From: Flavobacteriales bacterium
Lineage (GTDB): Bacteria; Bacteroidota; Bacteroidia; Flavobacteriales; Flavobacteriaceae
Direction: 5' to 3'
DNA length: 64,000 nt
NCBI GenBank assembly: GCA_038316335.1
Contig: JBBQAM010000001.1
Span: forward strand, 82,247-146,246
Shown here in pieces: positions 10,664 to 21,652 of this stretch. Positions within the stretch are counted from its first letter, which is position 1; each line of letters opens with the position of its first letter. Under the pieces are notes generated by a model. The model was not told the DNA's origin and ran no database searches. It saw nothing but the letters and a program-made list of their open reading frames with translations. The position numbers and the translations under genes were made by a program.

Positions 10664-11927
10664 ATTGCTTTATTTTCCTATAGAGCGTTCGTTCTGAAAT
10701 ACCCAATTCTGCAGCTGCAGCCTTTCTTTTTCCTCGGTTTCTTTCCAATGATTTTTTGATCAATTCGATTTCCTTTTCATGTAAAGATAGGGTTTCTTCT
10801 TCTTCGATTTCTTCGGCAAAATGGTATTTGTCTTCTTGGGGACTAAGATGCACCTGCTTTTCTATTGGGGTCGTTGGCAATCGCAATAGTCCATGCACAT
10901 CGGTTTCAGCAACTTCATCTTCCTCTTCTTGGCCATTGGCGCCATAAATTTTCCGTATCAAGGATTCATTATCTTCCTGTACTTTTTGTGTATCCTTGTT
11001 TTTTAGGAGTTCGAGGGTCAATTTTTTTAAATCGTTCAAATCGCCTTTCATATCAAAAAGTACTTTGTATAAAATTTCCCGTTCGTTGCTAAAGTCGCTT
11101 TCCCTTTTTTGTGGTTGTATTACCGCAGGTAAATTTGAACTGTTCACATCGGGAAGATAGCCACTAAGCGTCGTTTGCTTGATGATTCTTTCTTCTTCGA
11201 GTACCGATATTTGTTCGGCGATATTTCGAAGTTGGCGAATGTTCCCGGGCCAGCGATATTTTAGCAATAAATGTATGGCGTCATCCTCCAAACGAATCGT
11301 CGGCATTTTATATTTCTGACTGAAGTCAGAGGCGAATTTCCGGAACAAAAGGTGAATGTCCTCCTTTCGTTCTCGTAAAGGCGGAATATGTATTTCGACC
11401 GTACTGAGCCTATAGTAAAGATCTTCCCTGAATTTTTCACTTTTAATGGCGTCGAACATATTGATATTGGTCGCCGCAACGATCCGCACATTCGTTTTTT
11501 GTACTTGTGAGGAGCCTACTTTTAAAAATTCGCCATTTTCAAGAATGCGTAGTAATCTCACTTGGGTGGTGAGGGGTAGTTCACCTACCTCATCCAAAAA
11601 AATCGTCCCCCCGTCGGCAACCTCGAAATAACCGCTGCGGGTCTGGGTAGCACCGGTGAAGGAGCCTTTTTCATGCCCGAAGAGTTCGCTGTCGATAGTG
11701 CCTTCCGGGATTGCGCCACAGTTCACTGCAATATATTTTGCATGTTTTCTGTGGGAAAGCGCATGAATGATCTTTGGGATGGCCTCTTTTCCGACACCAC
11801 TTTCACCTGTGACCAAAACCGATATATCCGTAGGGGCGACTTGAATCGCTTTTTCGATGGCGCGATTCAATTTTGGGTCATTCCCGATAATCTCAAATCG
11901 TTGTTTTATTGCTTGAATTGATTCCAT
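10653..11927 (-). CDS. Sigma-54-dependent transcriptional activator (AAA+ plus Fis-type HTH, no N-terminal sensor domain)
   Basis: ORF 10653-11966. ATG at 11927 (MESIQAIKQRFEIIGN) avoids overlap with miaB. Motifs: Walker A GESGVGKE, GAFTGA-like GSFTGA, C-terminal HTH AAAELGISERTLYRKIKQ. Confidence 0.9.
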   Translation of the reverse strand: MESIQAIKQRFEIIGNDPKLNRAIEKAIQVAPTDISVLVTGESGVGKEAIPKIIHALSHRKHAKYIAVNCGAIPEGTIDSELFGHEKGSFTGATQTRSGYFEVADGGTIFLDEVGELPLTTQVRLLRILENGEFLKVGSSQVQKTNVRIVAATNINMFDAIKSEKFREDLYYRLSTVEIHIPPLRERKEDIHLLFRKFASDFSQKYKMPTIRLEDDAIHLLLKYRWPGNIRQLRNIAEQISVLEEERIIKQTTLSGYLPDVNSSNLPAVIQPQKRESDFSNEREILYKVLFDMKGDLNDLKKLTLELLKNKDTQKVQEDNESLIRKIYGANGQEEEDEVAETDVHGLLRLPTTPIEKQVHLSPQEDKYHFAEEIEEEETLSLHEKEIELIKKSLERNRGKRKAAAAELGISERTLYRKIKQFDL

Positions 11928-11934
11928 GTACCTT

Positions 11935-13380
11935 TCAATTATTGTTACTATACCCCACCGCTTCACCGATTAAGGTGGCAGAGGTACAGCGATCCATCCG
12001 AACCATCACAAAATCGCCCACTTTATAGTTTTCCTTTGGAAAAACGGCCACGGTATTCTGCGAATTGCGACCCATAAAATAGGCTTCCGATTTTTTGGAT
12101 ACACCTTCAATAAGAACTTCCTGAACGTGTCCTAGATGCTGTTCGGTGCGTTCTTGACAATGTTTTCGTTGTAAGGCGATGATCTCGGCCAACCTTCGCT
12201 GTTTGATTTCCTGTGGTATATCGTCATTCATTTTTCGGGCCGCCATTGTCCCGGGTCTTTCCGAATAGGCGAACATAAAACCATAATCATATTTCACATA
12301 GTGCATTAAAGACAAGGTATCCTTATGATCTTCTTCTGTCTCGGTAGGGAAGCCGGTAATCATATCTTGCGATATCGCACAATCAGGAATTATTTTTCGA
12401 ATGTTATCGATTAATTCAAAATATTCCTCTCGCGTGTGTAACCGGTTCATTGCTTTTAAGATGCGATTGCTGCCACTTTGAACGGGAAGGTGCACATAAT
12501 TGCAAATATTTTCATAGTTGGCCATGGTATGAATAACCTTCAAGGTCATGTCCTGCGGGTTTGATGTGGAAAAACGAATGCGCATTTTCGGTTGGGCTAC
12601 GGCCACTAACTCCAATAGATCCGAAAAATCGACCGCGGTTGCCTGCTGCATTTCTGATGCCGAAGTAAAATCCTTTTTAAGTCCGCCCCCATACCATAAA
12701 TAGCTATCGACATTCTGCCCAAGCAACGTTATTTCCTTAAATCCTTTCTCCCAAAGATCGCATACCTCGGCGACAATTGAATGAGGGTCACGACTACGTT
12801 CCCGTCCTCTTGTAAAAGGAACTACACAGAAGGTACACATGTTATCGCAGCCTCTTGTGATCGATACGAAGGCAGTTACCCCATTCGAGTTCAATCTAAC
12901 CGGGGCAATGTCGCCGTACGTTTCATCCTTCGAGAGAATCACGTTTACAGCATTGCGCCCTTCTTCGATTTCCCGTACAAGGTTCGGAAGGTCTTTATAG
13001 GCATCCGGTCCAACGACCATATCCACAATTTGTTCCTCTTCCAATAACTGACTCTTCAAACGTTCGGCCATGCATCCCAAAACCCCGACCTTGAGATGTG
13101 GTCGTTCTTTTTTTAGGGCGTTGAATTTTTCAAGGCGCTTGCGAACCGTAACTTCTGCCTTTTCGCGTATCGAACAGGTATTGACCAATACGAGATCGGC
13201 CTCCGCCAAGGAATCGGTCGTATTGAAGCCCTGGTCTGCTAAAATTGAAGCAACGATTTCGCTGTCAGAGAAATTCATCTGACACCCATAACTTTCAATA
13301 TAAAGTTTACGGGTATTTTCTTTCGTTTTTTCCCTAGTTAATGCGGTGCCCTGTAAAGATTCATCAATAATTTTATCCAT
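11935..13380 (-). CDS. miaB: tRNA-2-methylthio-N6-dimethylallyladenosine synthase MiaB
   Basis: 481 aa with [10 protein letters not shown] (UPF0004 Cys), radical-SAM CDNMCTFC and a C-terminal TRAM domain. Confidence 0.95.
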   Translation of the reverse strand: MDKIIDESLQGTALTREKTKENTRKLYIESYGCQMNFSDSEIVASILADQGFNTTDSLAEADLVLVNTCSIREKAEVTVRKRLEKFNALKKERPHLKVGVLGCMAERLKSQLLEEEQIVDMVVGPDAYKDLPNLVREIEEGRNAVNVILSKDETYGDIAPVRLNSNGVTAFVSITRGCDNMCTFCVVPFTRGRERSRDPHSIVAEVCDLWEKGFKEITLLGQNVDSYLWYGGGLKKDFTSASEMQQATAVDFSDLLELVAVAQPKMRIRFSTSNPQDMTLKVIHTMANYENICNYVHLPVQSGSNRILKAMNRLHTREEYFELIDNIRKIIPDCAISQDMITGFPTETEEDHKDTLSLMHYVKYDYGFMFAYSERPGTMAARKMNDDIPQEIKQRRLAEIIALQRKHCQERTEQHLGHVQEVLIEGVSKKSEAYFMGRNSQNTVAVFPKENYKVGDFVMVRMDRCTSATLIGEAVGYSNNN

Positions 13381-13517
13381 ATGGCTCGTTGACTTGCCTG
13401 TAAATTAGGTTTGCAAAGATAACATTATAATCAAAATCGTGACAAGATGACAGTATATTTTAGTACTATTTTAGGGATTCGAGCAATAAGTAGTACCTTA
13501 CCTTAAAAATCGCCCAG

Positions 13518-14234
13518 ATGAATTATAGCATCCTTTTTGAAAAAATCAAAAATAGTCACTCTTTAGAGTTTGGAAGCATCTTTAGCAGATCGATCGACTT
13601 ATTCAAAAAAGTTTGGTTGCAAGGTTTTATCACCCTTTTACTCACCTTTGTATCGATGCTTCCATTTTATATTATGCTCTATGCTCCTTTTTTAATGGCT
13701 GGGATTATAGATCCCAGTGTTCTCGAAGCCGATGGGTTGCCCCCCGCCATAATCCTCCCGATTATTATTATTTTCCCGATACTTATGATTGCGTCTATGG
13801 TAATTTCGCTATCCTTTAATGCCGCATTTCTAAGGATTTGCAAGCAAAAGGACTACAACGACATGATTGGCGATGACTATTTTTTTTACTTTAAAAAAAT
13901 TTACCTATCCAAAATGGTGTTGCTTTCCTTACTGATGTTCGGCTTGAGCCTCCTGGGAATGTTGGCATGTGGTATTGGTCTTGTCTATATGATAGTACCT
14001 TTGTCGCTCATGCCTGCTTTTTTAGCTTTTGATGAAGAACTGAGCGCCGGTGAAATTGTAAAGGCAAGTTTTGAGCTCGGGAATAAGAACTGGTTGGTAA
14101 TCTTCGGATTGGTATTTTTAATGGGCATCTTGGCCGAACTGGGCATTATACTGTGTCTTGTCGGCGTACTTTTCACGGCCATGCTGGCCAAAATACCGAC
14201 CTATTATGCCTTTAAGGATAGCATAGGATTTTAA
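13518..14234 (+). CDS. Multi-pass membrane protein, unknown function
   Basis: 238-aa ORF with about six hydrophobic segments. No catalytic motif recognised. Confidence 0.55.
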   Translation: MNYSILFEKIKNSHSLEFGSIFSRSIDLFKKVWLQGFITLLLTFVSMLPFYIMLYAPFLMAGIIDPSVLEADGLPPAIILPIIIIFPILMIASMVISLSFNAAFLRICKQKDYNDMIGDDYFFYFKKIYLSKMVLLSLLMFGLSLLGMLACGIGLVYMIVPLSLMPAFLAFDEELSAGEIVKASFELGNKNWLVIFGLVFLMGILAELGIILCLVGVLFTAMLAKIPTYYAFKDSIGF

Positions 14235-14331
14235 GTGGAGCGTTGATTGTTTTTTAACGAGTTTTTAGAATTTCAACGCAACGCTTTGATGTTGATTTCA
14301 TCTAATCAGTACAACAACGAAAAAACTGATT

Positions 14332-15588
14332 ATGAATCTGAAAAATGTTTTCCTAGTGCTATTAATAGCCAGTTCGGTGGGATTTTTATCCTGTGATAAA
14401 GGCGATGATAGTAAGTATGCCGATTATTTAGTGGCCAGGCCCCTTAAAATGTCAGTATCTGAATTTAAGAATGGCGTAGCAATTATCGACCCGGTACCGG
14501 TGCAAGTATCGGGCAAGATTTATACGTACAAGGACTTCATTTTCATAAATGATAAGAGTAGGGGGGTTCATGTGATCGATAATTCAAATGTTGCCTCCCC
14601 TAAAAAAATCGCCTTTATCAAGATACCTGGCAATGTTGATATTTCCGTCAAAGACGATTTTCTCTATGCCGATAGTCTAAACGATTTAGTGGTATTGGAC
14701 ATTTCCGATATCACCAACATTCATGAGGTCAATCGTTTGGAAAATGTTCTAAATGGCTATGTCGTATGGCCTTTTGATGCTGACATAATTGAATCGGGGA
14801 ATATCGATTATCAAAATGAAATGATTATTGGCTGGGAAACGGTGACCGAACGAAGGTTGATATCCGATTATGAAAATTACAAAGGAGTTGGTGGCATTGG
14901 GATATTTTTTGCCGAAGCTGCTGCGAACGACGTTTCAGTAGGTCAAGGCGGTTCTTTGGCTCGGTTCAAGATTGTAGACGATTTTTTATATGCGGTCGAT
15001 AGTCATACACTTAATGTCTTTGATATTCAAGATCTGGAGAACCCGAAGGATTTGGAGGATGTCTATGCAGGATTTGATATTGAGACTATTTTTAATCGTG
15101 GGCAGTATCTTTTTTTGGGTAGTATGAGCGGCATGTACATTTACGATATTTCATCGCCCGCCACCCCGGTCTTCGTCTCTGAGTTTCAACATGGAACGGC
15201 CTGTGATCCCGTAGTCGTTGATGGCGATTATGCGTATGTGACCCTACGAGGCGGAAATGAATGTGGCGCGACTGAAAGCGGCTTGTTCATTGTCGATATT
15301 TCAAATATCGAAAATCCTGTTTTAAAGACACAATACCCATTAGATGGGCCTTATGGCCTTGGCGTGAAAGATGAAAAACTTTTTGTTTGCGATGGTGCCT
15401 CCGGGTTAAAGGTGTATGACAAATCAGATGTTATGAACCTGATCGAATTAAGTCACTTCAAGGACATTCAAACTTTTGACGTGATTCCGTTAGAAAATAC
15501 ATTGCTCATGGTCGGTACCGAGACGCTATACCAATATGAATATTTGAACGATTCGATTCAACTAATTAGTACTTTGAAACTTGATTAG
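14332..15588 (+). CDS. LVIVD-repeat beta-propeller lipoprotein
   Basis: Lipoprotein signal SVGFLSC. Repeated LVVLDISD / LNVFDIQD / MYIYDISS / LFIVDISN / LKVYDKSD motifs are typical of LVIVD repeats. Confidence 0.7.
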   Translation: MNLKNVFLVLLIASSVGFLSCDKGDDSKYADYLVARPLKMSVSEFKNGVAIIDPVPVQVSGKIYTYKDFIFINDKSRGVHVIDNSNVASPKKIAFIKIPGNVDISVKDDFLYADSLNDLVVLDISDITNIHEVNRLENVLNGYVVWPFDADIIESGNIDYQNEMIIGWETVTERRLISDYENYKGVGGIGIFFAEAAANDVSVGQGGSLARFKIVDDFLYAVDSHTLNVFDIQDLENPKDLEDVYAGFDIETIFNRGQYLFLGSMSGMYIYDISSPATPVFVSEFQHGTACDPVVVDGDYAYVTLRGGNECGATESGLFIVDISNIENPVLKTQYPLDGPYGLGVKDEKLFVCDGASGLKVYDKSDVMNLIELSHFKDIQTFDVIPLENTLLMVGTETLYQYEYLNDSIQLISTLKLD

Positions 15589-15611
15589 ACACCTCATAAA
15601 ATAATACCGTA

Positions 15612-15639
15612 CGCCCCGAATTTCCGGGGCGTTTTTTTA
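15612..15639 (+). terminator. Rho-independent terminator
   Basis: Stem CGCCCCG (15612-15618) / CGGGGCG (15626-15632), followed by TTTTTTT. Confidence 0.8.
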
Positions 15640-15680
15640 TGACCATATATAAGGTATAGCTTCAAATTAAAAAATTCAAC

Positions 15681-15688
15681 TACTTTTG
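15681..15688 (+). promoter_or_regulatory. Candidate -7 promoter element of topA
   Basis: TACTTTTG matches the Bacteroidota TAnnTTTG consensus, 20 nt upstream of the topA ATG. Confidence 0.4.
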
Positions 15689-15707
15689 TCGCATCAAAAA
15701 CCCATGA

Positions 15708-18197
15708 ATGGCCAAAAATTTAGTTATTGTAGAGTCGCCTGCAAAGGCAAAGACAATTGAAAAGTTTTTAGGAAATGATTATAAGGTCGAGTCCAGTTAT
15801 GGGCATATTGCCGACCTGCCATCCAAGGAACTCGGTGTAGATGTAGCAAATAATTTTTTGCCCAGTTATATTGTAGACAAAGACAAAGAAGCACTGGTAA
15901 AAAAATTAAAGGACTTGGCCAAGAAGGCTGAGATAATATGGCTGGCCAGTGATGAGGATCGCGAAGGGGAAGCTATTTCGTGGCATTTGGTGGAGACCTT
16001 ACAATTAGACGTCAAAAAAACCAAACGTATTGTTTTTAATTCGATTACGAAAGCGGCGATTCAAAAGGCCATTGAAAATCCGAGGGAGATCGACTATAAT
16101 CTCGTCAACGCACAACAAGCCCGAAGGGTTTTAGATCGTTTGGTTGGCTACGAACTTTCGCCGGTTCTCTGGAAAAAAATAAAACCGGGATTATCGGCAG
16201 GTAGAGTTCAATCGGTTGCCGTGCGACTGATTGTTGAACGGGAGCGGGAAATCGAGGCCTTTGCCCCGGAAGCCTCCTTCAAGATAACCGCGGAATTTGT
16301 CACAAATGATAAGGGCGTTTTTACCGCAAGATTAAATAAGGCCTTTGACACCAAAAATCTTGCACAAGCATTCTTGAAACAAAATATCGGAGCGAATTTT
16401 TCGGTCTCGGAATTGGATAAAAAACCTGCGAAAAAGTCCCCCTCGGCACCTTTTACGACATCGACATTGCAACAGGAAGCCTCCAGAAAATTGTATTTTT
16501 CGGTTGGACGCACCATGCAGGTTGCACAACGTCTCTATGAAGCAGGATTGATAACCTACATGAGGACCGATAGCGTCAACCTTTCCGGGGAAGCCATCAA
16601 TGCAGCTAAGGATGCGATAACCAGCAATTATGGCAAGGCGTATAGTAAGGTTCGAAATTTTACCGGAAAATCGAAGGGGGCCCAGGAAGCCCACGAGGCC
16701 ATCCGCCCAACCGATATTACCAATCAATCCCCCTCCTTAGAACGGGACCAATCAAAATTATATGACCTCATTTGGAAACGAACCATAGCCTCCCAAATGA
16801 GCGATGCCGAATTGGAGCGCACCAATGTGAAGATTATGGCGAATACCCATGGCGAAGAATTTACGGCCAATGGGGAAGTAATCAAGTTCGATGGTTTCCT
16901 TAAAGTATATATGGAAGGTTTGGATGATGAGGACCAATCTGAGGAGCAAGAAGGCATGCTGCCCGCTATGCAGGTAGGAGAAGCCTTAACGAATACCTAT
17001 ATATTGGCAACTGAACGATTCAGTCGACCCCCGTATCGCTTTTCGGAAGCATCTTTGGTGAAAAAACTAGAAGAATTGGGAATTGGCAGGCCTTCAACCT
17101 ATGCCCCGACCATTTCCACGATAGTAAACCGTGGCTATGTTGAAAAAGGAACGGTCGAAGGAACTGAACGAAAATATGTACAGTTAATGCTCACGGCAGA
17201 CCAAGTAAAAGAAAAACAGTTATCGGAAAAGGTAGGGTCTGACAAAGGGAAAATGGTGCCCACAGATATTGGTATGATCGTCAACGATTTTTTAGTAAGC
17301 CATTTTGCCAGTATCTTGGACTATAATTTTACGGCGAAGGTAGAGGAAGATTTTGATGAGATTGCCGAGGGCCATGAAGATTGGCAAAAAGTAATGAGCA
17401 ATTTCTATAAAGATTTCCACCCTAAGGTATTAGACGTCGAGGAAAATGCCGATAGAGCGAGTGGTGAGCGTGTATTGGGGAAAGATCCCAAAACAGGCCG
17501 CCAGGTATCGGTTCGCTTGGGCAGATTTGGCCCGATGGTGCAAATAGGGACCGTCGAAGAAGAAGAAAAGCCATTGTTCGCTAGCCTATTGCCTGACCAA
17601 TCCTTGAATACGATCACCTATGAGGAGGCCATGGATCTTTTTAAATTGCCTAGAAATCTGGGGGTCTATGAGGGTGAGGAAATTGAGGCCAATGTTGGGC
17701 GCTTCGGACCCTATGTACGTTTTGGAAAAAAGTTCGTTTCCATGCATAAAGATGAAAATGCCATGGAAATAACCTTGGAACGTGCCATAGAATTGATCCA
17801 GGAAAAACAGAAGGCCGATGCCCCAATAGCTACCTATGAAGGGAAAGATGTAATAAAGGGAGTGGGTCGATTTGGTCCGTTTATAAAATGGGACAACATC
17901 TTTATCAATGTCAGCAAAAAATATGATTTTGATTCCCTATCTACCGATGATATCGCTGAACTGATCGAAGCTAAGAAACAAAAGGAAATTGAAAAGGTAG
18001 TGCAAGATTGGCCAGCAGAGGGTATTCGCATTGAAAAGGCCCGCTGGGGACGCCATACGATTATAAAGGGAAAGACCAAGGTTGAACTGGCAAAAACAGT
18101 TGATGCCGCCCAAATGTCATTGGAAGAGGCACAGGCCCTCCTTGAAAAAAAGGCACCCAAAAAGAAATCCAAGGTAAAACCAAAAGCTAAGAAGTAG
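15708..18197 (+). CDS. topA: DNA topoisomerase I
   Basis: 829 aa. TOPRIM start MAKNLVIVESPAKAKTIEKFLG, active-site region GLITYMRTDS, C-terminal repeats GRFGP(Y/M/F) and a Lys-rich tail. Confidence 0.97.
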   Translation: MAKNLVIVESPAKAKTIEKFLGNDYKVESSYGHIADLPSKELGVDVANNFLPSYIVDKDKEALVKKLKDLAKKAEIIWLASDEDREGEAISWHLVETLQLDVKKTKRIVFNSITKAAIQKAIENPREIDYNLVNAQQARRVLDRLVGYELSPVLWKKIKPGLSAGRVQSVAVRLIVEREREIEAFAPEASFKITAEFVTNDKGVFTARLNKAFDTKNLAQAFLKQNIGANFSVSELDKKPAKKSPSAPFTTSTLQQEASRKLYFSVGRTMQVAQRLYEAGLITYMRTDSVNLSGEAINAAKDAITSNYGKAYSKVRNFTGKSKGAQEAHEAIRPTDITNQSPSLERDQSKLYDLIWKRTIASQMSDAELERTNVKIMANTHGEEFTANGEVIKFDGFLKVYMEGLDDEDQSEEQEGMLPAMQVGEALTNTYILATERFSRPPYRFSEASLVKKLEELGIGRPSTYAPTISTIVNRGYVEKGTVEGTERKYVQLMLTADQVKEKQLSEKVGSDKGKMVPTDIGMIVNDFLVSHFASILDYNFTAKVEEDFDEIAEGHEDWQKVMSNFYKDFHPKVLDVEENADRASGERVLGKDPKTGRQVSVRLGRFGPMVQIGTVEEEEKPLFASLLPDQSLNTITYEEAMDLFKLPRNLGVYEGEEIEANVGRFGPYVRFGKKFVSMHKDENAMEITLERAIELIQEKQKADAPIATYEGKDVIKGVGRFGPFIKWDNIFINVSKKYDFDSLSTDDIAELIEAKKQKEIEKVVQDWPAEGIRIEKARWGRHTIIKGKTKVELAKTVDAAQMSLEEAQALLEKKAPKKKSKVKPKAKK

Positions 18198-18205
18198 TTC
18201 GTATT

Positions 18206-19363
18206 ATGGCATTTGATTTTTTAGTCCCCGTAGAAGATAAAATATTGGCCCATTGCGAATTGATGCCACCTCAGGCACTGGGAAAAAACATCCATATTCA
18301 TACTGTGAGGGATGGCCTTCCTGTACTTGCAATCGCTTCTATGGCTATTGTGGGGGTCAAAGAATCAAGAAATGCCTTCGAGAAAAAACCGGAGCAGCTC
18401 AATGTATCGGCCATCAGATTGCAACTTTATAGGTTGATGGTCGGTAATTGGAATACGACTGTGGTCGATTTAGGGGATATAGAGGAAGGCGAGAGCGTTG
18501 AGGACACCTATTTCGTAGTCAAGGAAATCGTTGCGGGGCTCTTGGAAGAAAATATCGTACCTATTATCATAGGGGCCACCCAGGACATAACCTATCCTAC
18601 CTACAGGGCATTCGACGGTATTGTCGAAATGATCAATTTAGTAGCTATCGATAGCCGGTTCGATTTTGGCATGGACGATGAACTGATTTCCTCTAATTCA
18701 TATATGAGTAAGATCATTACCGATAAGCCCAATAACCTATTCAATTTTTCAAATATGGGCTACCAAAGCTATTTCAACGCCCAGGAAGAAATTGATTTGA
18801 TGGATCGACTTTTTTTCGATGCCTACCGCTTAGGAGACATTGCCTCGGATCTACTACTCGCCGAACCCGTTCTTAGGAATGCGCATTTGGTAAGTCTCGA
18901 TGCACGGGCCATCCGGGCCAGTGAAATAGGGGGTAGTGATAATTTTTCGCCCAACGGGTTCACGGGGAGGGAAATCTGTACCATTGCCAGATATGCCGGA
19001 ATCAGCGATAATGTTCGTGTTTTTGGGATTTACGAAATGGAGAATACCGGGCAATCTTGCCAACTTATGGCACAGATAATCTGGTATTTCATCGAAGGAT
19101 TTAATTATAGGATCAGCGAATCCCCGAACGACAACAGCAATTACTTCACCAAATATATCGTACCTACCGACACCGAACAGTTGGTTTACTACAAAAGCCT
19201 CCTTACCGAACGATGGTGGGTCGAGGTACCTTCAATACTGACTTCCCATACGAAAGGAAAATCGATGGCGTTATTACCATGCACCGAAAAGGACTATTTG
19301 GACGCATGTGACCAGACGATTCCCGACCGTTGGTTTAAAGCCTATAAGAAAGGCTTTAACTGA
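18206..19363 (+). CDS. Arginase/formimidoylglutamase-family protein
   Basis: 385-aa ORF 8 nt after topA. It shows weak arginase-fold features (IIGATQDITYP, VSLDARAI). This position upstream of gldK is typical of Flavobacteriia. The family call is tentative. Confidence 0.6.
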   Translation: MAFDFLVPVEDKILAHCELMPPQALGKNIHIHTVRDGLPVLAIASMAIVGVKESRNAFEKKPEQLNVSAIRLQLYRLMVGNWNTTVVDLGDIEEGESVEDTYFVVKEIVAGLLEENIVPIIIGATQDITYPTYRAFDGIVEMINLVAIDSRFDFGMDDELISSNSYMSKIITDKPNNLFNFSNMGYQSYFNAQEEIDLMDRLFFDAYRLGDIASDLLLAEPVLRNAHLVSLDARAIRASEIGGSDNFSPNGFTGREICTIARYAGISDNVRVFGIYEMENTGQSCQLMAQIIWYFIEGFNYRISESPNDNSNYFTKYIVPTDTEQLVYYKSLLTERWWVEVPSILTSHTKGKSMALLPCTEKDYLDACDQTIPDRWFKAYKKGFN

Positions 19364-19485
19364 TAAAATTTTTTTTAAGGGATAATCTAGTCGAATACAA
19401 TAATTTGAGCAATTCGAAGTTTTAGAGAATAGAAATGCTAATTGTGTTTGTAGTTTATAACCATAATCGAAATTTAACCTAAAGT

Positions 19486-20841
19486 ATGAAGAAGCTATTG
19501 TTATCATCTATAGCGTTTGTTTTTTTACTCTCAAGTTGTGGGTCAAAAACAAAAGGAGAACTAGTCGGGGCCCAAGGTAAAAAGTGGTACCCCGAAAAGC
19601 CTTACGGCATGGAATTGATCCCTAGGGGAGCATATATCATGGGAAAGAGTGAGGAAGATGTGGCACAGGTTCTCAATGCCCCGACCAAAACCGTTACCGT
19701 ACGATCATTTTATATGGACGATACGGAAATAACAAATAGCGAATATCGCCAATTTGTAGAATGGGTGAAAGACTCTATTGCCAGAACGCGCCTGGCCATC
19801 CTCGCCGATGAATTGGGATTAGGACCAGAAGACGGAGGAATTGGTGACTTCGCATTCAAGGATGCCGACACCACAAAACTTTCTGTATATGACAAGTACA
19901 TGATCGACAATTACGCCGGTATGGGAGAAGATCTAACCGAAGGTCGTGCTTTGAACAGGGACGAAGATTTGGTATGGGATACTTCGGAATACCCAGATGA
20001 ATACTATGCAGAAGTGATGGATTCATTGTACATTCCAGAAGAGGAATCCTATAATGGGCAGCGTATCATCGATGTGACCAAATTGAAATATAAATACAAC
20101 TGGATGGACATTGAGGCCGCTGCACGGGCGAAGACCGGGAGAAGAAAAGACTTCATACGTCATGAGGAACTTGAAATTTATCCTGACACGACCGTTTGGA
20201 TAAAAGATTTTGAATATTCCTACAACGAACCGATGCACAATGATTATTTCTGGCATGATGCCTATAGTGATTATCCGGTAGTCGGTATTTCTTGGAAGCA
20301 AGCCAAAGCCTTTTGTAATTGGCGGACGAAATTCAAGAACGATGATCAAAAGAGCCGTGGAAAACAGTTCGTAAACCAGTTTAGGTTGCCTACCGAGGCC
20401 GAATGGGAGTACGCCGCACGAGGTGGTATTGAAAGTGGAACCTACCCTTGGGGTGGCCCGTATGTGATCAGTGATACGGGGTGTTTTATGGCCAACTTTA
20501 AGCCGCAACGAGGTGATTATGCAGCAGATCAGGCACTGTACACCGTAGAGGCCAAATCATACGAACCAAACGACTACAACCTGTATAACATGGCAGGGAA
20601 TGTATCAGAGTGGACAAATTCAAGCTATGATCCAAGTTCATATGACTACGTATCGACCATGAACCCCAACGGCGGCGATGAAAGTAACGCCAGAAAGGTA
20701 ATACGTGGAGGTTCCTGGAAAGATGTAGCCTACTTCCTTCAGGTAAGTACAAGAGATTACGAATATGCAGATTCTGCCCGCAGTTATGTAGGTTTCAGGA
20801 CCGTACAAGACTATATGGGGGAAGAAGATTCAACACGATAA
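19486..20841 (+). CDS. gldK: Gliding motility / T9SS lipoprotein GldK (FGE/SUMF1 fold)
   Basis: Lipoprotein signal LLSSCGS. Motifs FRLPTEAEWEYAARGG and RGGSWKD. First gene of the gldKLMN order. Confidence 0.9.
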   Translation: MKKLLLSSIAFVFLLSSCGSKTKGELVGAQGKKWYPEKPYGMELIPRGAYIMGKSEEDVAQVLNAPTKTVTVRSFYMDDTEITNSEYRQFVEWVKDSIARTRLAILADELGLGPEDGGIGDFAFKDADTTKLSVYDKYMIDNYAGMGEDLTEGRALNRDEDLVWDTSEYPDEYYAEVMDSLYIPEEESYNGQRIIDVTKLKYKYNWMDIEAAARAKTGRRKDFIRHEELEIYPDTTVWIKDFEYSYNEPMHNDYFWHDAYSDYPVVGISWKQAKAFCNWRTKFKNDDQKSRGKQFVNQFRLPTEAEWEYAARGGIESGTYPWGGPYVISDTGCFMANFKPQRGDYAADQALYTVEAKSYEPNDYNLYNMAGNVSEWTNSSYDPSSYDYVSTMNPNGGDESNARKVIRGGSWKDVAYFLQVSTRDYEYADSARSYVGFRTVQDYMGEEDSTR

Positions 20842-20948
20842 ACCAAATAAATACAAACCTCGGTCCCGATAAACGTCGGGTCGAAAAACCATCAAATTTT
20901 TAACCAAATACTTATTATTAATTAAACTTCAAATTAAATTTTAAAATT

Positions 20949-21596
20949 ATGGCACAGTCAAAATCAACAAAAAAATTATTTAACATGGCCTACGGCCTTG
21001 GAGCATCGGTAGTTATTATTGGTGCATTGTTTAAAATCCTACACTGGGAATTTGGACCACTTACCGGTGGACTTTTACTTGCAGTAGGACTTATTACCGA
21101 AGCACTTATTTTTGCTATCAGTGCATTTGAACCCGTAGATGACGAATATGATTGGTCATTGGTATATCCTGAATTGGCAGGTGGTATGACAAGTGGCAAG
21201 AACCAAGTTCAGGATGCTAAGGAGGCCGAAGGTCTTTTGTCCAGAAAATTGGATGAGTTGCTTAAGGAAGCTGGTGTTGATGCCAATCTTATGGAAAGCT
21301 TAGGATCAAGTATCCGAAATTTTGAAGGAGCCGCTAAAGGTATCGCCCCTACAGTCGATGCAATGCAGTCTACAAAGAAATATTCAGAAGAAATGACCCA
21401 AGCCGCCGCCCAAATGGAATCTTTGAACAGTTTATACAAAGTTCAATTGGAAAGCGCCAGCAAACAAGCTACAGTGAACGAAGAACAACTGCAAAATGCT
21501 GCTGCCCTTAAGGATCAAATGCAATCTTTAGCTACCAATCTTTCTTCGTTGAACGGAGTCTATGGTGGCATGTTATCTGCTATGAGCAGGAACTAA
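20949..21596 (+). CDS. gldL: Gliding motility / T9SS protein GldL
   Basis: 215 aa. N-terminus KKLFNMAYGLGASVVIIGALFKILHWEFGP with two TM helices, then a coiled-coil C-terminus. Confidence 0.9.
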   Translation: MAQSKSTKKLFNMAYGLGASVVIIGALFKILHWEFGPLTGGLLLAVGLITEALIFAISAFEPVDDEYDWSLVYPELAGGMTSGKNQVQDAKEAEGLLSRKLDELLKEAGVDANLMESLGSSIRNFEGAAKGIAPTVDAMQSTKKYSEEMTQAAAQMESLNSLYKVQLESASKQATVNEEQLQNAAALKDQMQSLATNLSSLNGVYGGMLSAMSRN

Positions 21597-21652
21597 TTAG
21601 AGCAATTAAACAAACCCAAATCAAATTAATTATTAAAATCTAATTAGAAAAA

